64,000 nt of DNA from Sedimentisphaerales bacterium (GTDB taxonomy: Bacteria > Planctomycetota > Phycisphaerae > Sedimentisphaerales > SM23-30): contig JANQJS010000012.1 in NCBI GenBank assembly GCA_028281535.1, positions 107,185 through 171,184 on the forward strand, given 5' to 3'. Below, one piece after another: positions 9,102 to 19,087 of this stretch (position 1 is the stretch's first letter; every line of letters starts with the position of its first letter). Both the position numbers and the translations under genes were made by a program. Below the pieces are notes generated by a model that was given only the letters and a program-made list of their open reading frames with translations, was not told where the DNA came from and did not search any database.

Positions 9102-11564
9102 GTGAAAAAAGTTATTTTGGAATATTTAAAAGGTCAGTCTAAAGCGGGGGCATTTTTGCCTGTATTGATTTTCTTTTTGCTTTTGTTCATTGCTACACCG
9201 GGTGTTTTGCAGGCTCAAACAAATCAATCGTTTGAAGGCAAAACGATTGGCAAAGTACAAATTATTGGAAATACCATTGTTTCGGCCGATAAAATCTCAA
9301 ACAAGATCACCAGTCGTGAAGGGGCGGTGTTTAACGAAAAGTTAATCAGTAGCGACGCTCGCAATATTTTAACGATGCCGGAGATTTTTGATGTCAAGTG
9401 GCAAGCCAGTATGACAGACTCCGGGGTTGAACTGATTTATTTTGTGATCGAATCGAAAGTGATAAAATCCGTTGAAATCAAAGGCAATAAAAGTATAAAA
9501 ACAAAAAAGCTGAATCGTGAAGTCAAAATAAAATCAGGTGATCCTCTCGATTCCTTTTTGATCAATAATGGGATCACGGCGATTGAAGAAGCCTATCGCA
9601 AAAAAGGTTTCCATAAAGTACGTGTTTCGGTTAATGAAGAACGTTTAAACAAAGAGTTCGTATTAGTCTACACGGTTGTAGAGGGGCCCAAAGTTCGGAT
9701 TAACAAACTGAAGTTTACAGGAAATAAATCGGTTATTGCCTGGAAACTGAAAGGTAAAGTGAAATCCAAACCTTATTTCCCGATCTTCCGCAAAGGTTTG
9801 TTAAACCAAAAACAATTAGAAGATGACAGTCTTGCTTTGGCAACCTACTATCATTCTTTGGGGTACCTGGATGCACAGGTCTTTTCACGGACGACGTTTA
9901 ATGAAAAAGGCAATCGTGTTCAGGTTGAATTCGTGGTTGATGAAGGTATTAAGTATCATATTATTGCCGTTCAATTTGTTGGTAATAAACTCTATTCTGA
10001 TGAGAAACTTAAAGAGACGACCAATATTGTTCCTGGTGATGTGCTGAGTGAAGAGACGCAATTGTTTGCTGTTCGATCGATCAAACGTCTCTATGGGGAG
10101 CAAGGGTATATCTATTCAAATGCCAGGATCGAACAGGAATTTACTGACAATGAAGGTGAAGTCATTGTTGTTATTAATGTGACTGAGGGGGATAGCTACT
10201 ATTTAGGACGCTTAATTGTCAAAGGGAATTCTGTGACCCGAGATAAAGTGGTTCGAAGGAATTTTGACTATTATGGTTTTTTCCCGGGTGGACTTTATAA
10301 CACAGATGCCGCAAATAAAGGGAAAACGCGATTGCAGCAAAGTGGACTCTTTGGCAATATCCGAGTTACACCTATTGGAAATGATCCTAAAAAGCGTGAT
10401 GCGTTAATTGAAGTTGAAGAGCGTCAAACAGGTCTGTTAACTTTTGGTTTAGGTGTGGGTAGTAATAATGGTGCTTTTGGGCAGTTTAGTGTTCAGGAGC
10501 GTAACTTTGATATTTCCAAATTACCCAAAAATCCTAAAGATTGGTTCAAAAAACGTAACATGCGTGGTGGCGGCCAGAGTTTGCAGTTGAACCTGTTTCC
10601 TGGAACGGAAGAAACGCGCGGTAGTATTCGCTTTAGAGAACCTTACTTATTTGATCAGCCTTATTATTTTGATTTCAATGCTTATTTATCACGCCGGTAT
10701 CGTGAGTCTCATCTTGAGAAACGGCGTGGAGTTAGCGTGACGATTGGGCATCGATTTGATAATGCTTTGAGTGCAGATGTCAGCTTAAAGGTTGAACGTG
10801 TTATTGTGTCTGATCTAGATATGGTTGACTTTGTTAGTGCCACAGACCCTAATGACAAAGAGGTGTTTGATAGGCAGAAAATTGATCCGAGATTTGTTTC
10901 TGAAGGCAAGGCCGTTCGTGCTCAAAGAGATGTTGAAGCTGTTGAAGGTGGCAACATGCTTGCCAGTGTTAAGGTTGGTCTTGGATATGATAAAACGGAT
11001 AGCATATACCGGCCTACAGAAGGATACAAGTTGACAGGTAGCTGGGAACAGTTTGGTCATTTAGCAGGTGAATTTGATTTTTCAAAAATTCGTGCATCCG
11101 CTAGTTTTTACAAACCTTTGAGTGAAGATTTAAGTGGTCGAAAAACCGTTTGGGCTGCACGTGTTAAATATGGTGGTATTATTGGAGATGCTCCAACTTT
11201 CGAACGTTTCTATGTTGGTGGTATAGGATCCTTGCGTGGCTTTGATTATCGTGGTGTGAGTTATCGTCCAGAACCAGAAAAAGAAATACGAGATAATGAT
11301 CCTGTGGGAAGTGATTTTGAATTGCTTGCGGGTACTGAGATTATCCACCCTCTATATGAAGATACTGTGTATGGCAAAATCTTCTATGATACGGCATTGA
11401 TTGATACGGGGGGTATTCGTATGTCATTAGGGTTTGGTGTTGAAATTTATATACCTCAATTGTTTCAGCAGGTGCCGATGCAGCTGAACTTTGGTATTCC
11501 TATTAGTCGTGAATCTGAAGATGAAACGGAAGTCTTTAGCTTCTCGTTTGGTTTGAATTTATAA
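9102..11564 (+). CDS. bamA: Outer membrane protein assembly factor BamA (POTRA repeats plus Omp85 barrel)
   Basis: 820 aa, signal peptide, repeated POTRA-like modules, C-terminal barrel with RGF(D)Y and a terminal ..FSFGLNL. Followed by skp-lpxD as in many Gram-negatives. Confidence 0.85.
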   Translation: MKKVILEYLKGQSKAGAFLPVLIFFLLLFIATPGVLQAQTNQSFEGKTIGKVQIIGNTIVSADKISNKITSREGAVFNEKLISSDARNILTMPEIFDVKWQASMTDSGVELIYFVIESKVIKSVEIKGNKSIKTKKLNREVKIKSGDPLDSFLINNGITAIEEAYRKKGFHKVRVSVNEERLNKEFVLVYTVVEGPKVRINKLKFTGNKSVIAWKLKGKVKSKPYFPIFRKGLLNQKQLEDDSLALATYYHSLGYLDAQVFSRTTFNEKGNRVQVEFVVDEGIKYHIIAVQFVGNKLYSDEKLKETTNIVPGDVLSEETQLFAVRSIKRLYGEQGYIYSNARIEQEFTDNEGEVIVVINVTEGDSYYLGRLIVKGNSVTRDKVVRRNFDYYGFFPGGLYNTDAANKGKTRLQQSGLFGNIRVTPIGNDPKKRDALIEVEERQTGLLTFGLGVGSNNGAFGQFSVQERNFDISKLPKNPKDWFKKRNMRGGGQSLQLNLFPGTEETRGSIRFREPYLFDQPYYFDFNAYLSRRYRESHLEKRRGVSVTIGHRFDNALSADVSLKVERVIVSDLDMVDFVSATDPNDKEVFDRQKIDPRFVSEGKAVRAQRDVEAVEGGNMLASVKVGLGYDKTDSIYRPTEGYKLTGSWEQFGHLAGEFDFSKIRASASFYKPLSEDLSGRKTVWAARVKYGGIIGDAPTFERFYVGGIGSLRGFDYRGVSYRPEPEKEIRDNDPVGSDFELLAGTEIIHPLYEDTVYGKIFYDTALIDTGGIRMSLGFGVEIYIPQLFQQVPMQLNFGIPISRESEDETEVFSFSFGLNL

Positions 11565-11606
11565 TTTTATAAACAAAATAAATGATTCTTGAAAGGCTGA
11601 ATTACG

Positions 11607-12212
11607 ATGAATAAGTTTATAAGTTTTTTGACCTGTATGGTCGTTGCACTCATTTTTGCATTGGGATATCAATCGATTGTTGCTCAGGACAGTATGACGC
11701 CAGCCACTGTTAAAATTGGCGTAGTGGATGTTGCTAAAGTTCTGAGAGATTGCCGGGCAAGTGTCGAAAATGACAAAGTCATTAAAGAAAAAAGTCAGGA
11801 AATCAGAGCTAAACTGGAAACATTAAAAAGTGAAATCGAAGCCCTTCAGCAAGAAATTCAAATGGGCCTAAAACCAGGTTCCGAAGAGCATAAAAAAAGC
11901 ATGCAGGAATGGTTCAATAAACAAGCCCTTCAGGAAGCTTATGAAAAAGGGCAACTAGAACTGCTCTCCTCAGAGCGGCAAGCCTGGATTGAAGAATTGT
12001 ACCAAACTTTAATTGACCAAACCGCCACCGTTGCTCGCCAGCAACAATTGACGTTGGTATTAGATAAAGATAGTTCTGATTTTAAACCAACCAAAATGTC
12101 TGAACTGTTTGATATGATTCGGACTCGCAAGGTCATATATAACAAAGCATCCATTGATATTACCGGTTTGGTTATCGAAAAAATGGACCAGGTATTTGAA
12201 AATTCTAAATAA
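11607..12212 (+). CDS. skp: OmpH/Skp-family periplasmic chaperone
   Basis: Signal peptide, KIGVVDV start of the OmpH domain, long coiled-coil. Position between bamA and lpxD. Confidence 0.7.
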   Translation: MNKFISFLTCMVVALIFALGYQSIVAQDSMTPATVKIGVVDVAKVLRDCRASVENDKVIKEKSQEIRAKLETLKSEIEALQQEIQMGLKPGSEEHKKSMQEWFNKQALQEAYEKGQLELLSSERQAWIEELYQTLIDQTATVARQQQLTLVLDKDSSDFKPTKMSELFDMIRTRKVIYNKASIDITGLVIEKMDQVFENSK

Positions 12213-12265
12213 TCATCAAGATGATTGTTACTGAACGGGTTGTTGTCATTTTTATAAAACCCTAA

Positions 12266-13279
12266 GTGAAAAATGGCATGAAATTATCTGAAATAGCAGA
12301 ACATCTAGGGGGGCAACTACAAGGTGATGGTGATTGTGCCATTACCTCCGTGGCCTCATTGGAACGCGCCTCTCAAAATGATATTTCCTTTTTGGCCGAT
12401 TCGAAATATATATCAAAATTAAAAGAATCGAATGCCGGGGCTGTTTTAGTTTCTCAAGACAATGATGTTGATGAGACTGGAAATTTCATTTTTGTTCAAG
12501 ATGTCAGTGATGCTTTGGGGACACTGTTGAACCTGTTTTCACCTGAGCCAGATCATGCTGAGAATGGCATTCATCAAACAGCGGTTGTTTCTTCGAAGGC
12601 GACCCTTGGCCAAGATGTTGCCATTGGTCCCAATGTGGTGATTGGGGCTCATGCCAAAATAGGTGATGGTTGTATTTTAAATAGCGGTGTGATCATCGGG
12701 CAAGGTGTTCAGCTTGGTAATCATTGTATTCTAGCACCGAATGTTGTTATTCAGCAGAATTGTCAATTAGGAAATAATGTCAAAGTGCATCCTAACAGCA
12801 CCATTGGTGCAGATGGCTTTGGCTATCGGTTTGTGGATGGCAAGCATCAAAAAATTCCTCATATCGGAATCGTTGTGATTGAGGATGATGTTGAAATTGG
12901 CGCAAATACTTGTATTGACAGGGCTAAGTTTGGTCAAACACGAATTGGCATTGGAACAAAGATTGATAATTTGGTCCAAATTGCTCATAATGTACAGATT
13001 GGTAATCACTGCGTTCTCGTATCCCAGGTAGGAATTGCTGGCAGCTGTCAATTAGGCAACTATGTGGTTCTCGGTGGTCAAACTGGTTTGAAAGACCATG
13101 TGAAAATAGGCGATGGTGTACAGGCGGGTGGCCAAAGTGGCATTATAAAAGATATTGCTGCTGGCATGATTGTGTGGGGCACGCCGGCTCGTGATATGAA
13201 TCAGGTTTTGCGTGAGCAAGCCATGGTAAAAAAGTTGCCGAAACTTATCCAGGATGTCAAAAAGATAAATAATAAATAG
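12266..13279 (+). CDS. lpxD: UDP-3-O-acylglucosamine N-acyltransferase
   Basis: N-terminal [15 protein letters not shown], long hexapeptide-repeat region with GADGFGY, and lipid A cluster context. Confidence 0.9.
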   Translation: MKNGMKLSEIAEHLGGQLQGDGDCAITSVASLERASQNDISFLADSKYISKLKESNAGAVLVSQDNDVDETGNFIFVQDVSDALGTLLNLFSPEPDHAENGIHQTAVVSSKATLGQDVAIGPNVVIGAHAKIGDGCILNSGVIIGQGVQLGNHCILAPNVVIQQNCQLGNNVKVHPNSTIGADGFGYRFVDGKHQKIPHIGIVVIEDDVEIGANTCIDRAKFGQTRIGIGTKIDNLVQIAHNVQIGNHCVLVSQVGIAGSCQLGNYVVLGGQTGLKDHVKIGDGVQAGGQSGIIKDIAAGMIVWGTPARDMNQVLREQAMVKKLPKLIQDVKKINNK

Positions 13280-13285
13280 GGCATT

Positions 13286-14596
13286 ATGACGTTACAAAAA
13301 ACCATAGAAAATCCCGTGTCTCTTGAAGGAAAAGGTCTGTTCAGCGGTGAAAATGTTGTCATGACCATCAAACCTTCGGCCGAAAATACTGGGATTGTTT
13401 TTGTGCGAACAGATCTAGAAGATCCGGTTCGGATTCCTGCTCATATTCAATCAGTGAGTTCTAAACCACGAAGAACAGCGCTTCAAAATGGTAAAGCTTC
13501 AGTAGAAACGACAGAACATTTTCTTGCATCCGTACATGGGTTGGATGTGGATAATCTCGAAGTCGAACTCAATGGGGGTGAACTACCCAATACGGATGGT
13601 AGTTGTGAACTTTTTACACAGGCCTTATTGAAAGGTAAGGTGATTGATCAAAAAAGTCCTAAGGAGCCATTTATCATCACCGAGCCGGTTGTGGTTGAAG
13701 ATGGTGATGCAAAATTATATGGTTTGCCTGATCGCGATGATGAATTGAGTATCATTTATGATCTCGATTATCATGAACATCCTGTGATTGGTCGTCAACT
13801 TAGACGTTTCAAATTGTCGCCTCAAAGTTTCCAAAGTGAAATTTCGCCAGCTCGAACATTTAGTACCGAAGAAGAGGCAAAAGAATTACATGCCCGTGGC
13901 ATCGGTACCCATTTGTCGACAAAAGATGTTCTGGTGATCGGTAAAGATGGCCCCGTAGATAATGAGCTTCGTTATACCGATGAATGTGTTCGCCATAAGA
14001 TAGCGGATCTCTTGGGAGATATGATGCTTTTGGGCAGTTCCCTTCGTGGCAGGTTAATCGCGTATCGCAGTGGCCATAATTGCAATCAATTGTTAGTCAA
14101 AAAATTGATTGAGCAAGCCAGTAAAAAAAGTCAGGCGAGTAAAATTGGGGCCGACGCTTTACTGGATATCCGAAAAATCCAAAAAATATTACCTCACCGA
14201 TATCCATTTTTGCTGGTGGATCGTGTGATTGAGATTGAAGGAAATAAACGTGCTGTTGGTATAAAAAATGTATCTATGAATGAACCTTTCTTTCAAGGGC
14301 ATTATCCTGGTACACCGATTATGCCTGGCGTCTTAATTGTTGAAGCTTTAGCGCAAATGTCCGGTTTGTTATTTGCGCAAACCTTAGAGCATATTGGCCA
14401 GCTACCTGTCTTGTTAAGTATGGATAAAGTCAAAATGCGAAAAGCTGTTGTCCCCGGTGACCAAGTTTTTCTTGAAGTTGAAGCCATACGTATGAAAACG
14501 CGAACAGGTGTTTGTAAAGGCAGAGCCTTGGTAGATAACCAGGTTGCCGCAGAAGCACAATTACGATTTATGTTAGTGGATGCTGATCCACAGTAA
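13286..14596 (+). CDS. lpxC/fabZ: Bifunctional LpxC deacetylase / FabZ dehydratase fusion
   Basis: The N-terminal ~280 aa is LpxC-like (TTEHFLASVHGLDVDN, HKIADLLGD). The C-terminal part is a FabZ hot-dog (LPHRYPFLLVDRV, FFQGHYPGTPIMPGVL). Confidence 0.9.
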   Translation: MTLQKTIENPVSLEGKGLFSGENVVMTIKPSAENTGIVFVRTDLEDPVRIPAHIQSVSSKPRRTALQNGKASVETTEHFLASVHGLDVDNLEVELNGGELPNTDGSCELFTQALLKGKVIDQKSPKEPFIITEPVVVEDGDAKLYGLPDRDDELSIIYDLDYHEHPVIGRQLRRFKLSPQSFQSEISPARTFSTEEEAKELHARGIGTHLSTKDVLVIGKDGPVDNELRYTDECVRHKIADLLGDMMLLGSSLRGRLIAYRSGHNCNQLLVKKLIEQASKKSQASKIGADALLDIRKIQKILPHRYPFLLVDRVIEIEGNKRAVGIKNVSMNEPFFQGHYPGTPIMPGVLIVEALAQMSGLLFAQTLEHIGQLPVLLSMDKVKMRKAVVPGDQVFLEVEAIRMKTRTGVCKGRALVDNQVAAEAQLRFMLVDADPQ

Positions 14597-14616
14597 TATA
14601 GAGAAAGTGAACCCTT

Positions 14617-15426
14617 ATGGTTTCTATTGCTGATACCGCACAAATAGACGATTCTGCCCAGTTGGGTGATCATGTGACGATTGGTCCAGGTTGTGTCATT
14701 GGTCCTGGTGTCATATTGGGTGATCACACAGAATGTAAACCAAATGTTTATATTCATGCAGGCGTTACCGTGGGTAAGAATAATGTGATATTTCAAAATA
14801 GTGTGATTGGTGAAGAGCCTCAAATATTGAATCGTGATATGTTAGAGGCTGGAAGCGTAGAAATCGGTGATGGAAATGTCATTCGGGAAAATGTGACCAT
14901 CAATCGCGGCAGTCATATTGATGGTGGAGTGACTCGAATTGGTCATCAATGTTATCTCATGGCGGGCGTTCATTTAGGTCATGGATGCGATATCGCAGAC
15001 AATGTGGTGATTAGTAATTATACCCAGTTAAGCGGCCATGTTCGTGTAGAGAAAAAAGCCTGGATTGGTGCCGTATCTGGAATTCATCAGTTTGCCACTG
15101 TTGGATGTTATTCTTATATTGGTGGTGCCAGTGCCGTTGTCAAAGATGTGCCTCCATTTGTACGGGTCGCCGGAGCTTATCCGTGTGAAGAGCATGGTCT
15201 TAATTTAATTGGATTGCAACGAGCCGGATTTGAAAAAAGCACACTGTCTGCCCTTAAAAAAGTTTATTTAGATTTATACAAGCATCGTGAAGGTAAAAGT
15301 TTTCTTCAGGTATTAGAGCAATGGAAGGCGACAGAGTCGTTAGATTCAAATGTTCAATATCTGGTTGATTTCATCGATAGAAGTTGCCAGCATCGTTTTG
15401 GTCGCTATCTCGAACTCAAGCGTTAG
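14617..15426 (+). CDS. Divergent LpxA-family hexapeptide acyltransferase (paralog 1)
   Basis: LpxA-like architecture (left-handed beta-helix plus helical C-domain). It lacks the DLKY(x)GEPT segment and has HLGHGC where canonical LpxA has H(I/V)AHDC. Confidence 0.7.
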   Translation: MVSIADTAQIDDSAQLGDHVTIGPGCVIGPGVILGDHTECKPNVYIHAGVTVGKNNVIFQNSVIGEEPQILNRDMLEAGSVEIGDGNVIRENVTINRGSHIDGGVTRIGHQCYLMAGVHLGHGCDIADNVVISNYTQLSGHVRVEKKAWIGAVSGIHQFATVGCYSYIGGASAVVKDVPPFVRVAGAYPCEEHGLNLIGLQRAGFEKSTLSALKKVYLDLYKHREGKSFLQVLEQWKATESLDSNVQYLVDFIDRSCQHRFGRYLELKR

Positions 15427-15469
15427 TTCTTTGTAAAAGGAAATAGTTAAATAGAATTTAAATATAAGG

Positions 15470-16345
15470 TTGTTTATGTCAAATATTTCTGAATTAGCTG
15501 TGATAGACCCTGCCGCCAAGATCGGCAAAAATGTGACCGTTGGCCCATTTTGTGTCATTGGTCCTGATGTTGAAATCGGAGAGGGCACAGAAATCATGAA
15601 TAGTGTCACCCTTGATGGAAATACCCGTATAGGAAAAAATAATGTGATTTATCCTTATGCCGTTGTGGGTGTTCGACCATTGGATCTTAAATACAAAGGT
15701 GAGCCGACATTGACCCTCATTGGTGATAATAATGTGATACGCGAACATTGTACCGTGCATCGGGGGACCGAACTGGGTGGAGGAAAAACGGTTATTGGTG
15801 ACAATAATCTGTTTATGACAGGATCTCACGTCGCTCATGATTGTATTATTCAAAATAATATCCTCATTGGTAATCAGGTTCTATTTGCTGGTCATGTGAA
15901 GGTGGAAGATTATGCAGTTATTTCAGCTTCCGTTGGAATTCATCATTTTGTGACGGTTGGAAAATATAGTTATATTGCTGGGATGACGGCAATACGTCGT
16001 GATGTTTCCCCGTTTATGAAAATCGCAGGTGATCCTGAAGCGGTACGAGCTGTCAATTCTGAGGGATTAAGTCGAAATGGATTTGATGCCTCTGAGATTT
16101 TGGCGCTAAAAGAAGCTTACAAAAAACTGTTTCGTAGTAATGGTGATGGTAAAAATTTAATCGATCAAATAAATGAATTACAAAGTCAATCGTCACTGAC
16201 TGAACATGTAAAGTATTTATGCGAATTTACACGTAATAGTTGTGAAAGTCGTTTTCATCGTAGTCAGGAAAACAATCGTCATGACACTCAGGCAGATCGT
16301 CAGAATCGATCACCCGTGGAAATTCAACAAAAAGTAAAAGGATAA
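15470..16345 (+). CDS. lpxA: UDP-N-acetylglucosamine O-acyltransferase (canonical-looking paralog 2, ~25 aa basic C-terminal extension)
   Basis: LDLKYKGEPT, GSHVAHDC, GIHHFVTVG and SPFMKIAG closely parallel E. coli LpxA motifs. Confidence 0.85.
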   Translation: MFMSNISELAVIDPAAKIGKNVTVGPFCVIGPDVEIGEGTEIMNSVTLDGNTRIGKNNVIYPYAVVGVRPLDLKYKGEPTLTLIGDNNVIREHCTVHRGTELGGGKTVIGDNNLFMTGSHVAHDCIIQNNILIGNQVLFAGHVKVEDYAVISASVGIHHFVTVGKYSYIAGMTAIRRDVSPFMKIAGDPEAVRAVNSEGLSRNGFDASEILALKEAYKKLFRSNGDGKNLIDQINELQSQSSLTEHVKYLCEFTRNSCESRFHRSQENNRHDTQADRQNRSPVEIQQKVKG

Positions 16346-16353
16346 AACATATC

Positions 16354-17400
16354 GTGTCAAAACTTAAAACCGCAGTGATTGGAGCTGGCAAAATGGGGCG
16401 GCTTCATACGCGTATTTATAGTCAAATGGACAATGTTGATTTAATTGGTGTTGTCGATGCTCAGATTGAAAAGGCCCAGGCTCTGGTGAGTGAATATGGA
16501 GGACAAGCCTATCAAGATCCTGCAGATATTCTAGATCAAGTTGATGCGGTGACCATTTCGGTTCCGACGGAATATCATGCAAAAGTTTCGCAGCCCTTTT
16601 TGGCCAAAGGCATCGGTGTGCTGGTTGAAAAACCCATTGCGTCCAGTTTAGAAGATGCCCGAAGTATGCTATCACTGGCACAAGAAAATGAATGCACCTT
16701 GCAAGTAGGATATTCTGAGCGATTTAATCCAGCTGTTCAGGCTATGCAGCGATTGGATTTTATCCCTCGGTTTATGGAGTCGCAGCGAATTTCTCCCTAC
16801 ACTTTTCGTTCGACGGATATTGGTGTGGTGTTAGATATGATGATTCATGATATTGATATCATCTTATCCCTCGCTCAAAGCCCAGTAAAAGATGTTTCCG
16901 CGGTAGGAGTTAATGTCTTAGGTGAGCATGAAGATATTGCTAACGTACGTTTAACCTTTGAAAGTGGATGCGTAGCGAATTTAACTGCGTCACGCCTGGC
17001 AATGAAAACCGATCGCAAAATCCGTGTTTTCAGTGAAGATGCATATTTGTCATTAGATTATTTTCGCAAAAGCGGTGTCGTTATTAGTAAGGCGGCGAAT
17101 ATCGATATGGTGCAATGGATTCGTCAGCAAACTGAAGATGGCCAGATCGATGTGGCAAATTCAAACTGGTCCGAGTTAGTTAATATTGAAAATCTAGATA
17201 TTGATGAACGCGAGCCGCTGCATTTAGAGCAGGAAGCATTTGTCAAAGCTGTTGCTGAAGGATCTCGTCCGCAAGTATCTGCTGAAGATGCGATTGCCGC
17301 GATGGAGCTAGCTCAACGTATTGTGAAAGTCATTGGTGAGCACCATTGGGATGGAAGTAATCCTGCTGCGATTAGTGCTGAGCACTGGCAAAAATCATAA
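16354..17400 (+). CDS. Gfo/Idh/MocA-family NAD(P)-dependent oxidoreductase (possible GnnA-like UDP-GlcNAc 3-dehydrogenase)
   Basis: N-terminal Rossmann KTAVIGAGKMG and the EKP motif (VLVEKPIA). Position immediately after lpxA. Confidence 0.75.
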   Translation: MSKLKTAVIGAGKMGRLHTRIYSQMDNVDLIGVVDAQIEKAQALVSEYGGQAYQDPADILDQVDAVTISVPTEYHAKVSQPFLAKGIGVLVEKPIASSLEDARSMLSLAQENECTLQVGYSERFNPAVQAMQRLDFIPRFMESQRISPYTFRSTDIGVVLDMMIHDIDIILSLAQSPVKDVSAVGVNVLGEHEDIANVRLTFESGCVANLTASRLAMKTDRKIRVFSEDAYLSLDYFRKSGVVISKAANIDMVQWIRQQTEDGQIDVANSNWSELVNIENLDIDEREPLHLEQEAFVKAVAEGSRPQVSAEDAIAAMELAQRIVKVIGEHHWDGSNPAAISAEHWQKS

Positions 17401-17430
17401 CATCAAATGAAAGATTTTAGATAAGTAATT

Positions 17431-18162
17431 ATGTCAAAATTAAATGTTAATATTGATCATGTTGCGACGATCCGCCAAGCACGCCAAGTGGATGAACCCA
17501 ATCCGGTGTGGGCGGCTGTCGAATGCGAATTGGCTGGAGCCAGTGGTGTGACGCTACATTTGCGTGAAGATCGCAGGCATATTCAGGATCGCGATGTTGA
17601 ATTGGTTCATGAAGTAACTGGGTTAAAATGCAATCTCGAAATTGCACTCACCGATCCAATGATTCGATTTGCACTTAAGCTCAAACCAGATATGGTAACA
17701 TTAGTTCCTGAAAAACGTGAAGAATTAACCACGGAAGGCGGGCTTGATTGTATCAAGCTATCGAAACGATTAGGCAATGCCGTTAAAAAATTGAATAAGG
17801 CAAGAATTAAAGTGTCTGCGTTTATTGTGCCTCAGGCAGATCAGATCCAGGCGAGTTGTGATACGGGGTGTGATGCGATTGAATTGCACACAGGCATGTA
17901 TGCTAATGCTAAAAGTGATCGGCAGATTGCTAAAACTCTACGTGATATTGAATCGGCGCGGGATTATGGTCTAGAGCAAGGGTTGGTCGTTCATGCTGGG
18001 CATGGATTAAATTACCGAAATATTGGTCCTGTAGCGGCACTTGGGGGATTGACAGATTTTAATATAGGCCATAGTATTGTCTCTAGATCGGTCTTTGTTG
18101 GACTCCGTCAAGCCGCAAAAGAGATGATCGCATTAATTGAAAAAAATAGTCCAAGTAATTGA
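17431..18162 (+). CDS. pdxJ: Pyridoxine 5'-phosphate synthase
   Basis: LNVNIDHVATIRQAR, HLREDRRHI, TTEGGLD, HAGHGLNY motifs. Confidence 0.92.
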   Translation: MSKLNVNIDHVATIRQARQVDEPNPVWAAVECELAGASGVTLHLREDRRHIQDRDVELVHEVTGLKCNLEIALTDPMIRFALKLKPDMVTLVPEKREELTTEGGLDCIKLSKRLGNAVKKLNKARIKVSAFIVPQADQIQASCDTGCDAIELHTGMYANAKSDRQIAKTLRDIESARDYGLEQGLVVHAGHGLNYRNIGPVAALGGLTDFNIGHSIVSRSVFVGLRQAAKEMIALIEKNSPSN

Positions 18163-18204
18163 TATTTAAAATAAGCTTTGTCTACTGATACGAGGAGACC
18201 GACT

Positions 18205-19086
18205 ATGTTTACTGGCAGTTTGGTGGCTTTAGTTACCCCATTTGATAATGGCCAGGTTGATTTTGAAACCCTTCGAGAATTAGTAAATTTTCAGATCGAA
18301 GGAGGAACTGATGGTATTGTGCCAGTTGGCACTACCGGTGAATCACCGACTCTTTCGCATGATGAGCATAAACAAGTTGTCAAAGTTGTTGTAGAGGAAG
18401 TGGCTGGAAGAATTCCAGTTATTGCTGGTGCTGGTTCAAACAGCACCCAAGAAGCGCTTGATTTTACCCGCTATGCTAAAGAAGTGGGGGCTGATGGTAC
18501 ACTTCAAGTTGTACCTTATTATAATAAACCAACTCAGGAAGGCTTATACGAACACTTTGCCACGTTAGCCAATGAAGTCGATTTACCAATTGTGCTATAT
18601 AATATTCCGGGACGTTGTGTTATCAATATGGACCCTGCGACAATTATAAGACTATCTGAGTTGGAAAATATTGTTGCCATCAAAGAAGCGACAGGTAAAT
18701 TGGATCAAGCATCTGAGATTGCCATTAACTGCGGTTTAACCATATTGTCAGGTGATGATAGTTTAACGCTGCCTCTGGCTTCAATTGGAGGTAAAGGGGT
18801 TATTTCCGTTGTTGCGAATATTATTCCTAATGATGTCAAAGCGCTGACGGATTCAATTCTGGAAGGAGATTTTTCTTCTGCTCGACAATGGCACAACAAA
18901 TTATTCAAGCTTTCGAATGCTCTATTGAGTATGTCGACCAATCCTATTCCCATCAAAGCGGCAATGGCTATTATGAAATTATGCCCGGAAGAAATTCGTT
19001 TGCCATTGGTTCCACTTGATAATGATAAAAAAGTTCAGTTAGAGCAAATTCTTGCAGATTATGGTTTGTTAAGGTCTGTATCTTAA
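18205..19086 (+). CDS. dapA: 4-hydroxy-tetrahydrodipicolinate synthase
   Basis: GSLVALVTPF, GTTGESPTLS, YNKP, YNIPGR and catalytic-Lys context AIKEATG. ATG at 18205 follows GAGGAG; the track start at 18178 is over-extended. Confidence 0.9.
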   Translation: MFTGSLVALVTPFDNGQVDFETLRELVNFQIEGGTDGIVPVGTTGESPTLSHDEHKQVVKVVVEEVAGRIPVIAGAGSNSTQEALDFTRYAKEVGADGTLQVVPYYNKPTQEGLYEHFATLANEVDLPIVLYNIPGRCVINMDPATIIRLSELENIVAIKEATGKLDQASEIAINCGLTILSGDDSLTLPLASIGGKGVISVVANIIPNDVKALTDSILEGDFSSARQWHNKLFKLSNALLSMSTNPIPIKAAMAIMKLCPEEIRLPLVPLDNDKKVQLEQILADYGLLRSVS

Positions 19087-19087
19087 A

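Noticed and set aside
13286-14596. LpxC-FabZ fusion as a novelty
   Set aside because: The fusion is real, but as far as I recall it is already known from several phyla. It is recorded as a feature and taxonomic hint only.
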